64,000 nt of DNA, from contig JAVJQW010000033.1 in the NCBI GenBank assembly GCA_040218735.1, positions 32,001 to 96,000 of the forward strand, written 5' to 3'. The notes under the pieces were generated by a model. It saw only the letters and a list, made by a program, of their open reading frames with translations. It was not told the origin of the DNA and made no database searches. The stretch is from Deltaproteobacteria bacterium (lineage in GTDB: Bacteria > Myxococcota > Kuafuiibacteriia > Kuafuiibacteriales > Kuafuiibacteriaceae). This document shows positions 28,950 to 38,323 of this stretch, piece by piece (within the stretch, counting starts at the first letter, position 1; the number at the start of each line of letters is the position of its first letter). Both the position numbers and the translations under genes were made by a program.

Positions 28950-29714
28950 GTGAGCACGAACTGCGCGCGGTACGATCGAATCGGCTTCGGCTACAGTCGT
29001 TTCCGGCGCGAGGACCCGCGACTCGCGGCGCGGATCCACGCGGCGCTCGGTGATGCACGAACCGTGGTGAACGTGGGCGCGGGCGCGGGGTCCTACGAGC
29101 CGAGGGATCGCCACGTGGTGGCGATCGAACCGAGTGACGTCATGGCGGCGCAGCGTCCTCGAGAGTTGCCGCCGGCGATCCGCGCGTTCGCCGCGGACCT
29201 ACCGCTGTACGACGACGGCGTCGACGCCGCGATGTCCGTGCTCAGCCTCCATCACTGGGACGAGGCGCAGGAGTTGGGCGTCCGCGAGCTGAGGCGCGTC
29301 GCAAAGGGCAACGTGGTGATCGTGACCTACGACGTCGAGGTCGGCGCCCAGATGTGGCTCCACGCCGACTACTTCCCGGAGCTCGTCGCGCTCGACCAAG
29401 CGACGTTCCCCGCTCCGAAGAAGATCGCCGAGTGGCTCGGTGGCGCACGCATCGAGACCGTGCTCATCCCGTCGGATTGCTCGGACTGGATGTTGGGCGC
29501 GTGGTGGGCGCACCCCGAGCGCGTCCTCGACGCCGACGCGCGCGCCGCGACGTCCGGCTTCGCGCGCCAGCCGGTGGAGGTCGTGGAGCGAGTGGTGCGC
29601 GATGTCCGCCGAGATCTCGAGGACGGGACGTGGGACGAGCGCCACGGGCACCTCAGATCGCTCGACGCCTACGACGCCGGGCTCAGGATCATCGTCGGCG
29701 AAGCGACGCGCTGA
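28950..29714 (+). CDS. Class I SAM-dependent methyltransferase (type 11)
   Basis: VVNVGAGAGSYEP, VAIEPSDVMAAQR, SLHHW. Confidence 0.9.
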   Translation: MSTNCARYDRIGFGYSRFRREDPRLAARIHAALGDARTVVNVGAGAGSYEPRDRHVVAIEPSDVMAAQRPRELPPAIRAFAADLPLYDDGVDAAMSVLSLHHWDEAQELGVRELRRVAKGNVVIVTYDVEVGAQMWLHADYFPELVALDQATFPAPKKIAEWLGGARIETVLIPSDCSDWMLGAWWAHPERVLDADARAATSGFARQPVEVVERVVRDVRRDLEDGTWDERHGHLRSLDAYDAGLRIIVGEATR

Positions 29715-29718
29715 AGGC

Positions 29719-31521
29719 TCAGCCGCCGAGCGCGGCGAACACGGCGGCGCCGATCGCGGCGCCGGCACCGAGCCCGAGGACCAGCCCGAGCCAGAAGCCG
29801 TTCGACTTGGCGGGCGGGGCGTGCACGACGGGCACGGGCGTCGCCGGTCGCGGTCTCGTCTCGACGACCGGCGGGGTCTCCGGCTTCGCTTCGGCGATGG
29901 GCTTCGCTTCGGCGACGGGCTCGGCCTCGGTGACGGGCTTCGCTTCGACGACCGGCTTCGCCTCGGCGACCTTGGCCTCGGCGACCGGTTCGGGCTCGCG
30001 TCGATCCTCGACCGGCTGCGGCGCGGGCTCCGGCTTCACCTCGACGGGCGCAGCCTCCGGCTTCGCTTCGACCGGCGCCTCGACCACGACGCCGTCGTCG
30101 GCGCGGAGCTTCGGAGCGCTGCTGGCGTCGGCGGTCGCGGCCTCGGAGGGCTCCGCCTCCGGCTTGGCCGGGAACGTCGGCAGCGCGGCTTTCTCCTTCG
30201 GCGGCGGGAGGCGCGACGGCGGGCCGGCTTCGAACAGCGGCGACGGCTCACGCACCAGCGGGTTGTGACCGTAGGCGGCGTCGGCGCGGCGGAGGATCTC
30301 CGCTTCGCTGTTCGCGTCCCAGAGGAAGTCCGGCAGAGGGGTCTCGGCCGCGAAGGGGTCCATGTCCTCGAGGTCCGACAGCTCCGTCTGGAGGTCCGCC
30401 GGCACCGAGAACAGATCCACGCTCTGCTCGTCGCCGAGGAGGCGGTCGAGCTCGAGGAGCGTTTCGTCGAGGTCCTGCGGGACGACGCCGAGGTCGCCGC
30501 CGCCCATCGTGATCGCCTGCTCGAGCGTCGGATCGATCTCCGGCACGTCCGGGTCGTTCTTGAAGTAGTGGCGGACCTGGTAGCCGAGCGTCGCCGCGGG
30601 CAGCGGACCGCCGCGCTTCGACAGCTCGTTGAGGACGTCCGCCGCCATCGACTCCGCGGTGCGGTAGCGCTCGCCCGGGTCCTTCTTGAGGCAGCGGTCG
30701 AGGATGCGCGCGATGCCGTCGCCGTACTGACGCAGCTCCTCGTGGAAGTTCGGCAGCTCGTTGCGCGCGACGGCGCCGAGCGTCTCCTTCACGCTGGGGC
30801 GCGCGAACAGCGCGCGGCCGGTGAGCAGCTCGTAGAGCACGACGCCGACGCCGTAGATGTCGGCCGTGTTGTTCACGCGTTTGCCGGCGAGCACCTCGGG
30901 CGCGACGTAACGCGGCTTGCCCTTCAGTACGCCCTTGCGCAGACCGCCGTCACGCGAAGTGACGTAGCTGATCCCGAAGTCGGTGATTTTCACCTCGCCG
31001 AAGAACGACACCAGCACGTTGCTCGGCGTCATGTCCTGGTGGACGACACCCAGCGCGCGCCCTTCGTTGTCCTTGAGGCGGTGCACGAACGCGAGCCCGC
31101 GCAGCACCTCGGAGATCGTCGAGAGTGCGAACTGCCCCGACAGCTCTTCGCCGTGCTGCGACGCCGCGCGCACGACCTGGTCGAGGTTGCGCCCGCGGAT
31201 GTACTCCATCGCGAGGTACGGGATGCCGTCGATCACCGGCTGGTCGAACACCTTGACGACGTTCGGGTGCTCCATGCGCGACATCACTTCCTGTTCGACG
31301 TCGAACATCTGGATGTGATCTTCGCGCTCGGCGTCGGCGCGCAGTCGCTTGAGGACGACGAGCTTCTCGAACCCCTTCGTCCCCTTCACTCGGGCCAGGG
31401 CGATCTCACCCATGCCCCCGCGGTTGACGACGCGCAGGACCTCGTATTTTCCGCGCGCTTCGTCGCGTGGGCTCATCAGGGTGTCCATGTCGGCGCCCGA
31501 GTCCTTCTTGTTCCCTATCAT
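29719..31521 (-). CDS. Hanks-type Ser/Thr protein kinase with C-terminal TM
   Basis: RGGMGEI, VVLKRL, VVHQDMTPSNVLV, KITDFG, GKPRYVAPE, DIYGVGVVLYELLTG. Confidence 0.93.
   Translation of the reverse strand: MIGNKKDSGADMDTLMSPRDEARGKYEVLRVVNRGGMGEIALARVKGTKGFEKLVVLKRLRADAEREDHIQMFDVEQEVMSRMEHPNVVKVFDQPVIDGIPYLAMEYIRGRNLDQVVRAASQHGEELSGQFALSTISEVLRGLAFVHRLKDNEGRALGVVHQDMTPSNVLVSFFGEVKITDFGISYVTSRDGGLRKGVLKGKPRYVAPEVLAGKRVNNTADIYGVGVVLYELLTGRALFARPSVKETLGAVARNELPNFHEELRQYGDGIARILDRCLKKDPGERYRTAESMAADVLNELSKRGGPLPAATLGYQVRHYFKNDPDVPEIDPTLEQAITMGGGDLGVVPQDLDETLLELDRLLGDEQSVDLFSVPADLQTELSDLEDMDPFAAETPLPDFLWDANSEAEILRRADAAYGHNPLVREPSPLFEAGPPSRLPPPKEKAALPTFPAKPEAEPSEAATADASSAPKLRADDGVVVEAPVEAKPEAAPVEVKPEPAPQPVEDRREPEPVAEAKVAEAKPVVEAKPVTEAEPVAEAKPIAEAKPETPPVVETRPRPATPVPVVHAPPAKSNGFWLGLVLGLGAGAAIGAAVFAALGG
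29881..29985 (-). repeat. 18-nt tandem repeat (xEAKPV, about 5-6 copies) in the kinase linker
   Basis: (C/G)GGCTTCGCTTCGGCGA(T/C)-like units repeated on the + strand. Confidence 0.8.
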
Positions 31522-31653
31522 GGCGCCGTCACGTATGGCGGAAAAGAACGCCGCGCTCGGGCCGCGCCGCCGTGCTGATTTCGCCTTCTCCGCTTCTCGT
31601 CCCACTGCTGTGTCGCCTCCATCTCCGGAGTTCGGCGCGCGCAGTGAACGGCA

Positions 31654-32130
31654 TCAGTCACCGTCCCAATTCGAGTCGCTCTTCGACAGGCGCCTCGACA
31701 CCCACATCGCAGTATCTGTGGAGAACCCCCGGCGCTCGAGTTTCCGCGCCGCTTTGCGCGGATCCGTTTCGCGCCCCACGTAACAGAGCGCCGCCGCGTG
31801 CTCGTCCCATCCCGCGAACGCTTCCTTCACCGCCGCGCGGACGACGTGCCGATCGAGGCCGCGCTGCTCGAGCTTCTTCTCCGCCCACGCCGGGGTCGTA
31901 TCGGGTCGCCCCGCGATTTCTTTGGCGTGGCGCAACGCGATCGCTTCGTCGTCCTCCATCAGGTGAAGCGATCGGGCCTTCTCGATCGTCTCGTCGATCT
32001 CGGCGTCGTCGAACCTCCGGTCACGCAGCTTGCGGACGAGCTCCGCCTGCGTGTGCGCGCGCCGGGTGAGGAGATCCAGCGCCGTGTCCCAACACGACTT
32101 CGCCGGACGTTTCTTGGTTCGAAAACCCAC
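31654..32130 (-). CDS. recX: RecX regulatory protein
   Basis: ALDLLTRRAHTQAELVRKL, KKLEQRGL, RKLERRGFS (three-helix repeats). Confidence 0.88.
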   Translation of the reverse strand: MGFRTKKRPAKSCWDTALDLLTRRAHTQAELVRKLRDRRFDDAEIDETIEKARSLHLMEDDEAIALRHAKEIAGRPDTTPAWAEKKLEQRGLDRHVVRAAVKEAFAGWDEHAAALCYVGRETDPRKAARKLERRGFSTDTAMWVSRRLSKSDSNWDGD

Positions 32131-32139
32131 CGAGTGAAA

Positions 32140-33315
32140 CTAACGCCGACCGACCGTGCTCGGGTTGCGCCCCGTGCCGGAGCTCCCGCGCGCCGCGGGC
32201 TCGCTGCCGGAGGGGCGTTCGAAGTCGTCCCACTTGCTGTCGGACGCCGACTCGATGCCCTGCACGCGGAGCGCGAAGTTGCTCGGGTTGGTCGCCTGCC
32301 GCATCGCTTCCTCGTAGGTGATGGTGCCGTTCTTGTAGAGCATCATCAGCGCCTGATCGAACGTCTGCATCCCGTAGCTGACGTGACCATCGGCGATCGC
32401 GGTCTCGATCTCCTTGGTGCGATCCTTGTCCTCGACCATCTCGCGGACACGCGGCGTCGCGCGCATGATCTCCAGCGCGGCGGTGCGGCTCTTGTTCTTG
32501 GTCGGGACCAGGCGCTGGCAGATCACCGCGCGGAGCGTCGCACCCAGCTGCAGGCGAATCTGTCGCTGTTGGTGCGGCGGGAACACCGAGACGATACGCG
32601 ACACCGTCTCCGTCGCGTCCAGGGTGTGGAGCGTGGACAGGACGAGGTGACCGGTCTCGGCCGCGAGCATCGCGGTCTCGATCGTCTCGAGGTCGCGCAT
32701 CTCGCCGACGAGGATGACGTCCGGGTCCTGACGCAGCGCCGACTTCAACGCCTGTGAGAACGACATCGTGTCGACGCCGACCTCGCGTTGATTGATCACC
32801 GATCGTTTGTCGCGGATGAGGAACTCGATCGGATCCTCGACGGTCATCACGTGCACCGTCTTGTTCGTGTTGATGTGATCGATCATCCCCGCGAGCGTCG
32901 TCGACTTACCGGAGCCGGTGGTCCCGGTGACGAGCACCAGGCCGCGCTCCTCCATCGCAATCGTCTTGAGGATCGGCGGCAGCCCGAGGTCGTCGAGCGA
33001 GCGCACCTTGAATGGGATGACACGCAGCACGATCCCCACCGTCCCGCGCTGCTGGAACACGTTGACGCGGAAACGTCCGAGCCCCGGCACGCCGTACGCG
33101 AGGTCGAGCTCGTTGAACTGCTTGAACCGCTCGCGCTGGTAGTTGTTCATGATCGACAACGCCATGCGCGACAGCTCCTCGGGGGAGATGCGCTGGCCGT
33201 CCTTCAGCGGGACGAGCTGCCCGTTGATACGGAACATCGGCGGCAAGCCGGCCTTCAGGTGAATGTCCGACGCGTTGCCCTTCAGCGCGATGTTGAGGAC
33301 CTCGTTGAGCTCCAT
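32140..33315 (-). CDS. pilT: PilT/PilU-family type IV pilus ATPase
   Basis: ASDIHLKAG, RFRVNVFQQRG, Walker A GTTGSGKST, EDPIEF, LRQDPDVILVGEMRD, TGHLVLSTLHT, GMQTFDQ. Confidence 0.93.
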   Translation of the reverse strand: MELNEVLNIALKGNASDIHLKAGLPPMFRINGQLVPLKDGQRISPEELSRMALSIMNNYQRERFKQFNELDLAYGVPGLGRFRVNVFQQRGTVGIVLRVIPFKVRSLDDLGLPPILKTIAMEERGLVLVTGTTGSGKSTTLAGMIDHINTNKTVHVMTVEDPIEFLIRDKRSVINQREVGVDTMSFSQALKSALRQDPDVILVGEMRDLETIETAMLAAETGHLVLSTLHTLDATETVSRIVSVFPPHQQRQIRLQLGATLRAVICQRLVPTKNKSRTAALEIMRATPRVREMVEDKDRTKEIETAIADGHVSYGMQTFDQALMMLYKNGTITYEEAMRQATNPSNFALRVQGIESASDSKWDDFERPSGSEPAARGSSGTGRNPSTVGRR

Positions 33316-33347
33316 GAACCCGGTCAGCGTAGCACAGAAGAAACTTT

Positions 33348-33860
33348 CTACAGCTTCCAGGGGCCGACCGGGACGATGCGCAACGCGATACCGACGACCA
33401 CCTCGACACCGTCGTCCGCCATGCGCCCACCGCTTCGCACGCCGTGCAACACGTCGACGTCGAGATCGATCGTCGCGCGATTCACCCAGAGGCTCCACAG
33501 CACGTGCAGACGTCCTCCGACGCGATGCGTCCCTTCCCTGTCGAACCCGTAGAGCGGGCCGACGAACGCACCGACCGGCAATCCACGGCGCACGTCGAAC
33601 ACCCCCTCGCCGTACCAACCGACACCGATCGACGTCGCAGTTTCGATGCGGTCGTCGACATCGATGCGAAACGAGGACGCCAACCCGAACGACGTCGCCC
33701 AGTCGAAAGTCGCCCCCACGCGGAACGCGGCCGGCGGACCCGCGTCGCGCGTGCGCAACGCACCGCCGATCCGGAGTCCAGGGTAGAGCGCGGGCGGTCG
33801 TGCTTCCGCCGGGGCGGTCGACGCGGTGACGAGGAGGAGCGCGAAGAGCGCGCGTTTCAA
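33348..33860 (-). CDS. Hypothetical exported protein, possibly a small beta-barrel
   Basis: TTG start overlapping the upstream stop; signal peptide LKRALFALLLVTASTAPAEA; amphipathic strands. Confidence 0.65.
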   Translation of the reverse strand: MKRALFALLLVTASTAPAEARPPALYPGLRIGGALRTRDAGPPAAFRVGATFDWATSFGLASSFRIDVDDRIETATSIGVGWYGEGVFDVRRGLPVGAFVGPLYGFDREGTHRVGGRLHVLWSLWVNRATIDLDVDVLHGVRSGGRMADDGVEVVVGIALRIVPVGPWKL

Positions 33861-34240
33861 CGGAACTCGATGATCGCGGCTTCGACCGCCGACTCCTCGA
33901 CCTCGGGCGGCAGCTCGTCGGCGCGCTCCGGGTGCTGCGGGCACTGGCGGCAGTGGAAGCTCTTCCAGCGCACGCGCGCGGCGAAGCTCAGACACGACTG
34001 GTAGTAGTCGCAATCCATCTGCCGGCGCGTCTGCACCTCGTCGTAGTCGAGATAGGCGATCGGTGTCGGGCGCGTCCCACGGGGGAGCTGAACGAGGTCG
34101 ATGATGTCCGCGTCCTGGCGTCGAGCGTCGGTCTTGGAACGCGCGACTGCGAGCGTGGAACCGCCGCTTTTCGAGGAACCCGTCACCTTCGCGAACGAGT
34201 CTATCACACGCTCTGCGCGCGCCGACTGCACGCGCCGCAT
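33857..34240 (-). CDS. Small Cys-motif (probably Zn-binding) hypothetical protein
   Basis: RQMDCDYYQSCLSFAARVRWKSFHCRQCP (Cx5C-x13-CxxC). Confidence 0.75.
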   Translation of the reverse strand: MRRVQSARAERVIDSFAKVTGSSKSGGSTLAVARSKTDARRQDADIIDLVQLPRGTRPTPIAYLDYDEVQTRRQMDCDYYQSCLSFAARVRWKSFHCRQCPQHPERADELPPEVEESAVEAAIIEFR

Positions 34241-34299
34241 GTTTTTTGGAATTCGAAAGTGTTCGCGCGAAGTGCGCAAAAGCGATCGATCGATCGGGG

Positions 34300-35265
34300 T
34301 CAGGCTCTTGACTGGCGGGCCAGGATCTCTTTGATTTCCTGGTTCTCTCGACCGAGTCGCGTCATCTCGTTTTCGACCGCGGCGAGACGTTCCGCGAGTT
34401 GACTGTGCATCACGGCGAGGCTCTTGAACTCGTCGAGCACCATGTCCTGACTGATCTTCATCGGCCCCGGACCCTCGCGCGGCGGCGCGGGTGGCGCTGC
34501 AGGTTGTCTTGCATTCGCGTTGGCGCCGAGGCTCGTCTTCGGAATCGAAGCCGACCAGCTGCCCGGCTTCACCGACGGCGGACGCTGCGCAGCCGCAGCA
34601 CGCGCCGCCGGGTGGTTCGCAGCGGGCGCAGCCGCGGGTGACGACGCCGGCTTCTTCCCCGCCGTGTTCGGGATGACCTTCCCGCCGGCCTTGATGTGAT
34701 TGAACACGCCGAGCGTGATGTGACGCAGCGTCTCGAGCACGCCCGTCCCCTGCGACGCGACCGCCGGGAGCGACTTCACGCCGCGCTCGTTGAGCTGCGC
34801 GGCCAGCTCCGCCTCCGGGATGAGGTGCGGGAGGTCGCGTTTGTTCCACTGCATCACGAGCGGAATCGAGCTGTAGTCGAGCCCGTTCGCGGCGAGGTTC
34901 GTCTTGAGGTCGGCGAGGGACTGGCGGTTCTCGTCGACCATGTGGTCCTGCGAGTCGGCGACGAACACGATGCCGTCCGCGCCCTTCAACACGAGCTTGC
35001 GCGTCTCGGCGTAGTAGACCTGTCCGGGCACCGTGAAGAGGCGGACCATGAACTTCATGCCGCTGATCGTCCCGAGGTTGAGGGGCAACAGATCGAAGTA
35101 GATCGTTCGGTCCGTCTCGGTCGCGACGGACAGCAGCTCGCTGCGCGTCTCGGGGCGCATGCGCGCATGGACTTGCTGGAGGTTGGTCGTCTTTCCGCAG
35201 CGACCTGGCCCGTAGTACACGATCTTGGCGATCAACTCGCGCGACTTGTAGTTATACGTCGGCAT
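34300..35265 (-). CDS. MglA-family small GTPase with C-terminal linker and coiled coil
   Basis: KIVYYGPGRCGKTTNL, TETDRTIYFD, TVPGQVYY, LKGADGIVFVADSQ, NKRD. Confidence 0.92.
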   Translation of the reverse strand: MPTYNYKSRELIAKIVYYGPGRCGKTTNLQQVHARMRPETRSELLSVATETDRTIYFDLLPLNLGTISGMKFMVRLFTVPGQVYYAETRKLVLKGADGIVFVADSQDHMVDENRQSLADLKTNLAANGLDYSSIPLVMQWNKRDLPHLIPEAELAAQLNERGVKSLPAVASQGTGVLETLRHITLGVFNHIKAGGKVIPNTAGKKPASSPAAAPAANHPAARAAAAQRPPSVKPGSWSASIPKTSLGANANARQPAAPPAPPREGPGPMKISQDMVLDEFKSLAVMHSQLAERLAAVENEMTRLGRENQEIKEILARQSRA

Positions 35266-35311
35266 CCAGAACCCGCCCGGCAGTCTCCAATCGGCAGGAT
35301 TTGTGGTCAAG

Positions 35312-36850
35312 TTACGGGATGTCGGGCCGTTCGAGGCGTCGTGCGGCCTCGGTGAGCACGACCTGCGCGCGTGGGTCCGGGAAGGCGATCAGCGCACGCG
35401 AGAGCGCAACGCGCTCGGCCGGGGGCGGAGCGGGCTCGGTCCGAAACGCCTCCATGAGCGCGGGGAGGGTGGCGGGCTCCGCAAAACGGGTCAGCCGATC
35501 GACGATCTCCAGGCGCAGGGCGAGGAGCCCGGGGCGCTCCACGTCCGTCCACGGGTTTGCGCGCAGCATCGCCGCGAGGTTCGGCGCGGGGTTGTCACTC
35601 CGCGCGACGAGCGGGACCGCCGCGCGCTGAACACGTGCGTCGGGGTCGACCCGCAGCATCGACACGCTCGACTCGATCGTCGAACCGAAGTGCTCCGCGA
35701 GCACGCGGTACGCGAGCCCGCGCGCGAGCGACGAGCCCTTGGGGTCCTTCGCGAACGCCAGCAGGCTCTCCGCCTGATCCGCGCCGCTGATCCGACGCAC
35801 CGCGCGACGCGCCACAGCGGCGATCCGGCGGTCCTTGCTCTGGGTGTGCACCCGGACGTCCTGCAGGATCCACGGCGGCGCGATCATCGCGAGGCGCTCG
35901 AGGCCCCGGACCACCGTCGCGCGCTGGGAGGCGTCGAGCATGTCTCGCGCGGCCTGGATCTCTTCGGCCAACCGGGCCTCGGAGCGGCCGGTCTTGCGGC
36001 GTCGGTACTCGGCGCCGAGGCGCTGCGTGACCTCGTCGCGTGGTTGTCGGTAGAGCGCGGCGCGCCACGGCGGGGTCTCCTTCGCGAGGAGCAGCTCGCG
36101 GCCGAGGCGGCCGACGCCCATCTCACCGTCGTGGCCCTCCGCGAGCTCTTCGGCCGCGCCGGGCAGGGTGAGCTTCGCGAAGTCCCACGGTGACCGCGCG
36201 CGCTTCGCCTGCTCGATCGCGGACTCGATCGAGATCATCCCGACCTTCGCGCGCTTCGCGAGTCGTTCGACGACCGCGGGCAGCGCCTTCAGCAGACCTT
36301 CGCGATCTTGCACCGGCGCGAGCGCACGGTTGGACCGAACCGGCGGTCCCTCTTCGGTCTCGTCGGCGAAGACAAATCCGTGCAGCGCGCACACGTAACG
36401 GCCGACGCCCTCCGCGTCGATCGTCAGCCGCGACGACGCGCCCTCGTCGAGGATCTGCAGCAGGTCGAGCTCGCGCTGCATGAGATCCACGGTGATGTTG
36501 CGCGACTGGTACTCGGGCGCGATCTCGTCGAAGCCGCGGTGGATCTCGAGCGAGCCGTCGCGTCCGTAGGTGAACGCGCGCGAACCCGTCCACACCGGCC
36601 GGCCGTCGCGCGCGACGCCGACCAGCGTCAGCTCCACGGCCTGGTCAGGTGCGAGCTGCACCTCGATGACGTACGTCCGAATGCCCGGGAAGCCGGGGGC
36701 GAAGAGGCGCGACAGCCCTTCGAGGCCCGCATCCACCCCGAGCATTCGGCGTAGGACCTCGCGCGCAGGCCCGTCGATCGCGCTCCCCTTGCCGACCCCC
36801 TCCAGCAGGCGGTGGGCGCTCGCCTGGGCGCGGGGTGCGGGGACCGACAT
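35312..36850 (-). CDS. Hypothetical protein: possible GNAT-like N-domain plus HEAT-like repeats
   Basis: EIAPEYQSRNITVDLM...LTIDAEGVGRYVCALHGF; C-terminal helical repeats (DPDARVQRAA, ERVALSRALIAFPDPRA). Confidence 0.7.
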   Translation of the reverse strand: MSVPAPRAQASAHRLLEGVGKGSAIDGPAREVLRRMLGVDAGLEGLSRLFAPGFPGIRTYVIEVQLAPDQAVELTLVGVARDGRPVWTGSRAFTYGRDGSLEIHRGFDEIAPEYQSRNITVDLMQRELDLLQILDEGASSRLTIDAEGVGRYVCALHGFVFADETEEGPPVRSNRALAPVQDREGLLKALPAVVERLAKRAKVGMISIESAIEQAKRARSPWDFAKLTLPGAAEELAEGHDGEMGVGRLGRELLLAKETPPWRAALYRQPRDEVTQRLGAEYRRRKTGRSEARLAEEIQAARDMLDASQRATVVRGLERLAMIAPPWILQDVRVHTQSKDRRIAAVARRAVRRISGADQAESLLAFAKDPKGSSLARGLAYRVLAEHFGSTIESSVSMLRVDPDARVQRAAVPLVARSDNPAPNLAAMLRANPWTDVERPGLLALRLEIVDRLTRFAEPATLPALMEAFRTEPAPPPAERVALSRALIAFPDPRAQVVLTEAARRLERPDIP

Positions 36851-36922
36851 CCGCCCATTCGTCTAACACGTCCGCCTCGGTTTGTTTGGCTGATTTCGCC
36901 GGCCCAGCTAGGGTGAGAGGCC

Positions 36923-38323
36923 GTGAGTCTTTGGCACGACGCACGCGCGCTGTTCGAACGTGCGCGTGAATACTGGCTCCAGGACATCTGGGCGCGCCGA
37001 GACTACGAGAGCCTGCCGTTCCTGACGCGCCTTCGAATCACCGCGTCGCGCGCCGTGTACATCGTGGTCGCGAGTTTCTTGCGCGATCGCATCAAGCTGC
37101 GCGCCGCGGCGCTCACGTACGTGAGTCTGTTGTCACTCGTCCCGGCCTTGGTGGTGGGTGTGTCGTTGTTCTCCGCGTTCGGCGGCCTGGAGGGCGCGGA
37201 GGCGAAGCTCAAGTCCTTCGTCGTCGACACGATCGCCGTGCAGTCGCAGCGCGAGGTGCTGCTCGGTTACATGAACCAGCTCATGGCGAAGGGGCAGGCG
37301 GCGAAGCTCGGCGTCGTCGGCATGTTGCCGTTGTTGCTGACGGTGGTGTCGCTGCTGTCGAACATCGAGCTGTCGTTCAACGACATCTGGGGCGTGCAGA
37401 AGAACCGCTCCTTCCTGCAGCGGTTCCAGGTGTACTGGCCGCTGATCACGCTGCTGCCGATCCTGTTCGGCGTCTCGATCTCGGCGACGTCCGCGTTCGA
37501 GGAGTCGATGGTCGGGCAGGCGATCTACGCGATCCCCGGGATGAGCCTCACGACGCACCTGGTGCGGGTGGTGCTGACGTGTCTGTTCTTCACGTTCCTC
37601 TACAAGATCATGCCGAACACCCGCGTGCGTCTGCGCAACGCGGCGGTCGGCGGGTTCGTCGCGGGTTCGTTGTGGTTGATCGCCGAGAACCTCTACGCGG
37701 TGTACGCGGCGAACGCGATCACGTACTCGGCGCTGTACGGCTCGCTCGGCGCGGTGCCGCTGTTCGTCATCTGGGTGTACGTGTCCTGGATCGTCACGCT
37801 GCTCGGCGCGATGCTGACGTTTGCGATTCAGTCCGCGAAGACCTACGAGCCCGACCGCGCGATCGCAGTGCTCGATCGTGAGTACGTCGCGGTGCGGTTG
37901 ATGGTCTCGGCGGCGGAGCGCTTCGCGAAGGGCGAGCACGCGGTCACGGCGCAGGAGCTCGTCGACGAGGTCGCCGTCCCGCCGCGCGTCGCGCGTCAGC
38001 TGCTCGGCGTTTTGGTGCGCCACGGTCTCCTCGCCGAGACGGTGCACGACGAGGACGTCGGCTTCGTCCCGGCGCGACCGCTGGAGAACATCTTCGTCGC
38101 GGACGTGGTCCGGTCGCTCCGCGAGGACCGCGACGTCACGCGGATTCAGGTCCCCGAGAACGACGCCGTGGGGACGAAGGTCTTCGAGCAGCTGTCGAAG
38201 GCGAACCAGGACGGGGAGCGGGATCTGACGGCGCTCTCGTTGTCGGCGTTGCTCGAGGACACCGGCAAGAAACACCTGCGGGTGCACGAAGAGCCGAAGG
38301 CGCCGCGCGCCGCTTCTTCCTGA
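36923..38323 (+). CDS. YihY/BrkB family membrane protein with C-terminal winged-helix domain
   Basis: AAALTYVSLLSLVP, IELSFNDIWGV, YSALYGSLGAVPLFVIWVYVSW. Confidence 0.92.
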   Translation: MSLWHDARALFERAREYWLQDIWARRDYESLPFLTRLRITASRAVYIVVASFLRDRIKLRAAALTYVSLLSLVPALVVGVSLFSAFGGLEGAEAKLKSFVVDTIAVQSQREVLLGYMNQLMAKGQAAKLGVVGMLPLLLTVVSLLSNIELSFNDIWGVQKNRSFLQRFQVYWPLITLLPILFGVSISATSAFEESMVGQAIYAIPGMSLTTHLVRVVLTCLFFTFLYKIMPNTRVRLRNAAVGGFVAGSLWLIAENLYAVYAANAITYSALYGSLGAVPLFVIWVYVSWIVTLLGAMLTFAIQSAKTYEPDRAIAVLDREYVAVRLMVSAAERFAKGEHAVTAQELVDEVAVPPRVARQLLGVLVRHGLLAETVHDEDVGFVPARPLENIFVADVVRSLREDRDVTRIQVPENDAVGTKVFEQLSKANQDGERDLTALSLSALLEDTGKKHLRVHEEPKAPRAASS

